Made by a program: the position numbers and the translations under genes. The notes below the pieces were generated by a model. The model saw only the letters and a list, made by a program, of their open reading frames with translations. It searched no databases and was not told the DNA's origin. This document shows, piece by piece, positions 60,797 through 64,000 of a stretch of 64,000 nt of DNA (the first letter of the stretch is position 1; each line of letters starts with the position of its first letter). Source of the DNA: an uncultured Gemmatimonadales bacterium (lineage in GTDB: Bacteria; Gemmatimonadota; Gemmatimonadetes; Gemmatimonadales; GWC2-71-9); assembly GCA_963711915.1 (NCBI GenBank), contig CAVQGA010000022.1:232943-296942 (forward strand), given 5' to 3'.

Positions 60797-61044
60797 CCCC
60801 CCCCCCGAGGCATGGATCTTCCCGAGCCGGAATGCCGTATGGAGTGGCACCGCTGAACCGCGGCGGCACGACGGCGACCTCGAACCCGCAGCGAGACCCG
60901 GAGCGCGCGGGCGTGTAGTGCGGACCGGGGAGGGCGGGCTCCGCCCCGCGCGTCGGGCCGCGGAATCTTTTCCGATCGCGAGTCCACCACCCCATCAGCC
61001 CGTCTGGTACGTAGGGCGGGTGTGAGCCTCGAGGGAAATCTCCG

Positions 61045-63108
61045 ATGCATCGCCCATCCTGGTACGCGCTGCTGGTGCTCATCTCCGCCTGCTCGTCCTC
61101 ACCCTCGCACAAGACGGTCAAGCCGCAGTTCGGCGCCTGGGGATTCGACCTGGCGGGGCGAGACACGACGGCTCGGCCGGGCGACGACTTCTTCGGCCAC
61201 GTGAACGGCGGCTGGCTCCAGCGCACCGCCATTCCGGCGGACAAGCCGAGCATCTCGGTTCGGGCCCTGATGAGCGATACGACCGAGGCCCGGCTGCACG
61301 CGATCATGGAAACAGCCGCCGCCAGGGCCGCGCACGAGCCGACCGACCTCGAGGGCAAGATCGGCGCCTACTACAGGGCGTTCATGGACTCGGCCCGCGT
61401 CGAGCGGCTCGGCGCCGCCCCGCTCGCGCCGCATCTCGACCGGGTACGCGCGGCCGGCACCCGGGAGGCTCTCGCCCCGCTCATGGGCCGGTGCGGTTTC
61501 AACGGCGGCATCTTCAACAACTACGTCGATGTCGATCTGAAGGACCCGAAGATCTACACCGTCTACCTCAACCAGGCAGGACTCGGGCTGCCCGACCGGG
61601 ACTACTACCTGAAGCCCGAGCTCGCCGCACCGAGGGCCGCCTACCAGCACTACGCCGCGACGCTGCTCCACCTCATCGACTGGCCCGAGGCCGACGACCG
61701 GGCCAGGGACATCCTCGCGTTCGAGACCGCTGTCGCCCGGGCGAGCTGGACGCGGGTGCAGCAGCGCGACCTCAACGCGGAATACAACCCGATGACGGTC
61801 GCGGAGCTTGCCCGGCTCGCGCCCGGCTTCGACTGGAACGGCTATCTCGCGAGCGCGGGGCTGCCGCATCTCTCGCGGGTCATCGTCGGCGAGAAGAGCG
61901 CCTTTCCGAAGCTGGCGGCCGTGTTCGCGAGCACGCCGCTCGCGACGCTGCAGGCGTGGGAGGCGTTCACCATCGCCGACAACGCCGCGCCATTCCTGTC
62001 GCGGGCCTTCGGCGATGCCTTCTTCGAGATGAGGGGCAAGACCCTGGCCGGCCAGCAGGCGCAGGCCGCGCGTTGGAAGCGCGCGGTGCACGCGGTGGCC
62101 GGCGGAGACTACGGAACCGGCAGCCGGTTCGACCGCTTCGGCAGCGTCGGCTTCGGCGTGGGCGAGCTGTACACGGCGAAATACTTCCCCCCGGCGGCCA
62201 AGGCGAAGATCGAGGCGCTGGTCACGAACCTCAAGGCGGCCTCGCGTGCGCGCATCGAGAAGCTGGACTGGATGAGCCCCGCGACCCGCCAGGAGGCGCT
62301 GAAGAAGCTGGACACCTATACGATCAAGGTCGGCTATCCCGACCACCCGCGCGACTACGCCAAACTCGTCATCCGCGACGATGATCTGCTGGGAGACGCG
62401 GAGCGGGCCGGCGCGCTCGACTGCCGGTTCTATGTCGATCGGTTGAACGGCCCGGTCGACCGCACCGACTGGCTGATGACGCCGCAGACCAACGACGCCT
62501 ACAACGGCTCGCTGCGGGACATCGTGTTCCCGGCCGGCATCCTGCAGCCGCCAGCGTTCGACCCCAACGCCGACATGGCGATCAACTACGGCGCCGCGGG
62601 CGGCGTGATCGGCCACGAGCTGACGCACGGCTTCGACGACCAGGGGCGGAAGATCGACGCCGACGGAAAACTCCGCGACTGGTGGCAGCCGGCCGATGCC
62701 AAGACCTTCGAGACCCGGGCCAAGGCGCTCGCGGACCAGTACTCCGCCTTCGAGCCTCTCGCCGGCCTGCACGTGAACGGCGCCCTGACCCTGGGCGAGA
62801 ACATCGCCGATCTCGGCGGGGTGACCCTGGCGCTCGACGCGTACCGCGCGTCGCTCCAGGGCCGGCCGGCGCCGGTGCTCGACGGGCTCACCGGCGACCA
62901 GCGGGTCTTCATCGGCTGGGCGCAGGTGTGGCGCGGCAAGTCGACCGACGACGCCGTGCGGCAGCAGGTCGTGAGCGATCCGCACAGCCCGCGGCGATTC
63001 CGCGTGAACGGACCACTCCGGAACATCGACGCCTGGTACACCGCCTTCGACGTCAAGCCTGGCGATCGGCTGTACGTCTCGCCCGAGAACCGGGTGCGGA
63101 TCTGGTAG
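61045..63108 (+). CDS. M13 family zinc metallopeptidase (PepO / endothelin-converting enzyme-like), lipoprotein
   Basis: Lipobox LVLISAC. NAYY-like NDAYN, zinc motif VIGHELTHGFDD, and GENIADLGG. Confidence 0.9.
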   Translation: MHRPSWYALLVLISACSSSPSHKTVKPQFGAWGFDLAGRDTTARPGDDFFGHVNGGWLQRTAIPADKPSISVRALMSDTTEARLHAIMETAAARAAHEPTDLEGKIGAYYRAFMDSARVERLGAAPLAPHLDRVRAAGTREALAPLMGRCGFNGGIFNNYVDVDLKDPKIYTVYLNQAGLGLPDRDYYLKPELAAPRAAYQHYAATLLHLIDWPEADDRARDILAFETAVARASWTRVQQRDLNAEYNPMTVAELARLAPGFDWNGYLASAGLPHLSRVIVGEKSAFPKLAAVFASTPLATLQAWEAFTIADNAAPFLSRAFGDAFFEMRGKTLAGQQAQAARWKRAVHAVAGGDYGTGSRFDRFGSVGFGVGELYTAKYFPPAAKAKIEALVTNLKAASRARIEKLDWMSPATRQEALKKLDTYTIKVGYPDHPRDYAKLVIRDDDLLGDAERAGALDCRFYVDRLNGPVDRTDWLMTPQTNDAYNGSLRDIVFPAGILQPPAFDPNADMAINYGAAGGVIGHELTHGFDDQGRKIDADGKLRDWWQPADAKTFETRAKALADQYSAFEPLAGLHVNGALTLGENIADLGGVTLALDAYRASLQGRPAPVLDGLTGDQRVFIGWAQVWRGKSTDDAVRQQVVSDPHSPRRFRVNGPLRNIDAWYTAFDVKPGDRLYVSPENRVRIW

Positions 63109-63382
63109 CCGCCGCGACGGGCGCCGCCGATCCGCGCGATGTCGCGCCTGAGCAGGTTCAGCGCTCGGTCGCGACCGATTTCCCCGCCGCGCTCATCGAT
63201 TTCATGAGCTCAACAGCCGCGTGAGCGCGGAAACTCCCCACACGCAGATCGCCGCAGGACCTCCCCCCACGGGCGCATGGGTGACGGCGCGCACGGCACG
63301 TGCGGCGCGGCGGCGCGAAACTGATGTTAATGCCCTCGGTGGCAGGCGGTTCCGGCGTGCCCCTCATAGCCCGGGAGGGCCT

Positions 63383-63778
63383 GTGGCAGCGAAAATCCTG
63401 GTAGTGGACGACGAGCCGTCGGTGCTGGCCGTGGTGTCGCGGGCGCTTCGTGATGAAGGGCATGAGGTGATCGCCGTCTCGAACGGGCAGACCGCCTACG
63501 ACGTGACCCTGGAGGAGACCGTCGACGTGGTCGTCACCAACAACTGCATGCCCGGCCTCAATGGGGCCGAGCTGGTGAAGGCCTTGAGGAAGCGCCTGCC
63601 CGACATCCCCATTCTGCACCTCGACGATCACTCCAAGGGCACCACCGCCGCCTTTCAGGTGCCGGCCGATGTGCCCACGCTGTTCAAGCCGTTCGACCTC
63701 GTCGCCCTGAAGGCGGCGGTTCGCCGGCTCCTGAAGCCACCTCGACCGTCTCAACCCGGGTTCGCGACGGCGCTCTAG
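63383..63778 (+). CDS. stand-alone response regulator receiver domain protein
   Basis: RBS GGGAGGG, then GTG 63383. KILVVDDEPSVL...VVTNNCMPGLNG...LFKPFD. Confidence 0.75.
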   Translation: MAAKILVVDDEPSVLAVVSRALRDEGHEVIAVSNGQTAYDVTLEETVDVVVTNNCMPGLNGAELVKALRKRLPDIPILHLDDHSKGTTAAFQVPADVPTLFKPFDLVALKAAVRRLLKPPRPSQPGFATAL

Positions 63779-64000
63779 CTTCGGCGGTTCGTACCTGGGA
63801 CCATGGACGCGCCGGTGGCCAGCACGGGCCGCCGAAGCCCTGTCCGGCCCGGCGGCGGAGCGAGAGGTTCGCACATCGCGACCCGCGAGCCGCCCTGATG
63901 TGCCTATCTAATCCGCCGGCTTCAGGGTAGCTTGTAGATGCCTCACCGTTGGATCTCCCGCCGTCACCGGCTGTCTTCGCCGGACCTAAGGACCCACATG

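Noticed and set aside
61099-62985. 628-aa minus-strand ORF
   Set aside because: It is antisense to the M13 peptidase, which carries the HExxH and GENIADxGG motifs.

Overview
Very GC-rich bacterial chromosomal segment (GC not computed), densely coding on both strands. It has many GTG/TTG starts, frequent 1-4 nt start/stop overlaps (GTGA, ATGA, TGATG) and many long spurious antisense ORFs. Gene content suggests a soil Gemmatimonadota/Acidobacteriota-like organism; this is inference only. I support about 65 CDS. Housekeeping and metabolic genes: tesA/ybbA/ybbP-like module, fabI, an enoyl-CoA hydratase + dienoyl-CoA reductase-like pair, a caa3-type cytochrome oxidase operon (ctaC-D-E-F-G), greA, a ClC channel, a complete kdpFABCDE locus, tag, an M13 peptidase and several regulators. 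I saw no rRNA, tRNA, CRISPR, transposase, integrase or phage genes. Five things look most interesting. (1) A compact, apparently operator-controlled cassette at 37480-39991: a Zn-ribbon peptide, an Rv2578c/SplB-like radical SAM enzyme and a catalytically dead ImuB-like Y-family protein, with no imuA or dnaE2 in the window. (2) A six-gene stressosome-type RsbR-RsbS-RsbT operon at 25421-31740 with three tandem RsbT-like domains, feeding a PP2C phosphatase and a histidine-kinase relay rather than a sigma factor. (3) A well-formed sigma54 promoter coupling a GAF-GAF enhancer-binding protein to a STAS / blue-copper / Cys-rich lipoprotein operon at 33322-37111. (4) A family of large nested palindromic intergenic repeats (GTCATCC...GGATGAC arms) at seven loci, including one inside the kdp operon and one that supplies the 3' end of a CDS. 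(5) A ~100-bp segmental duplication bracketing an inserted lipoprotein gene. All functional calls rest on motif recognition by eye and on synteny; no database search was run.
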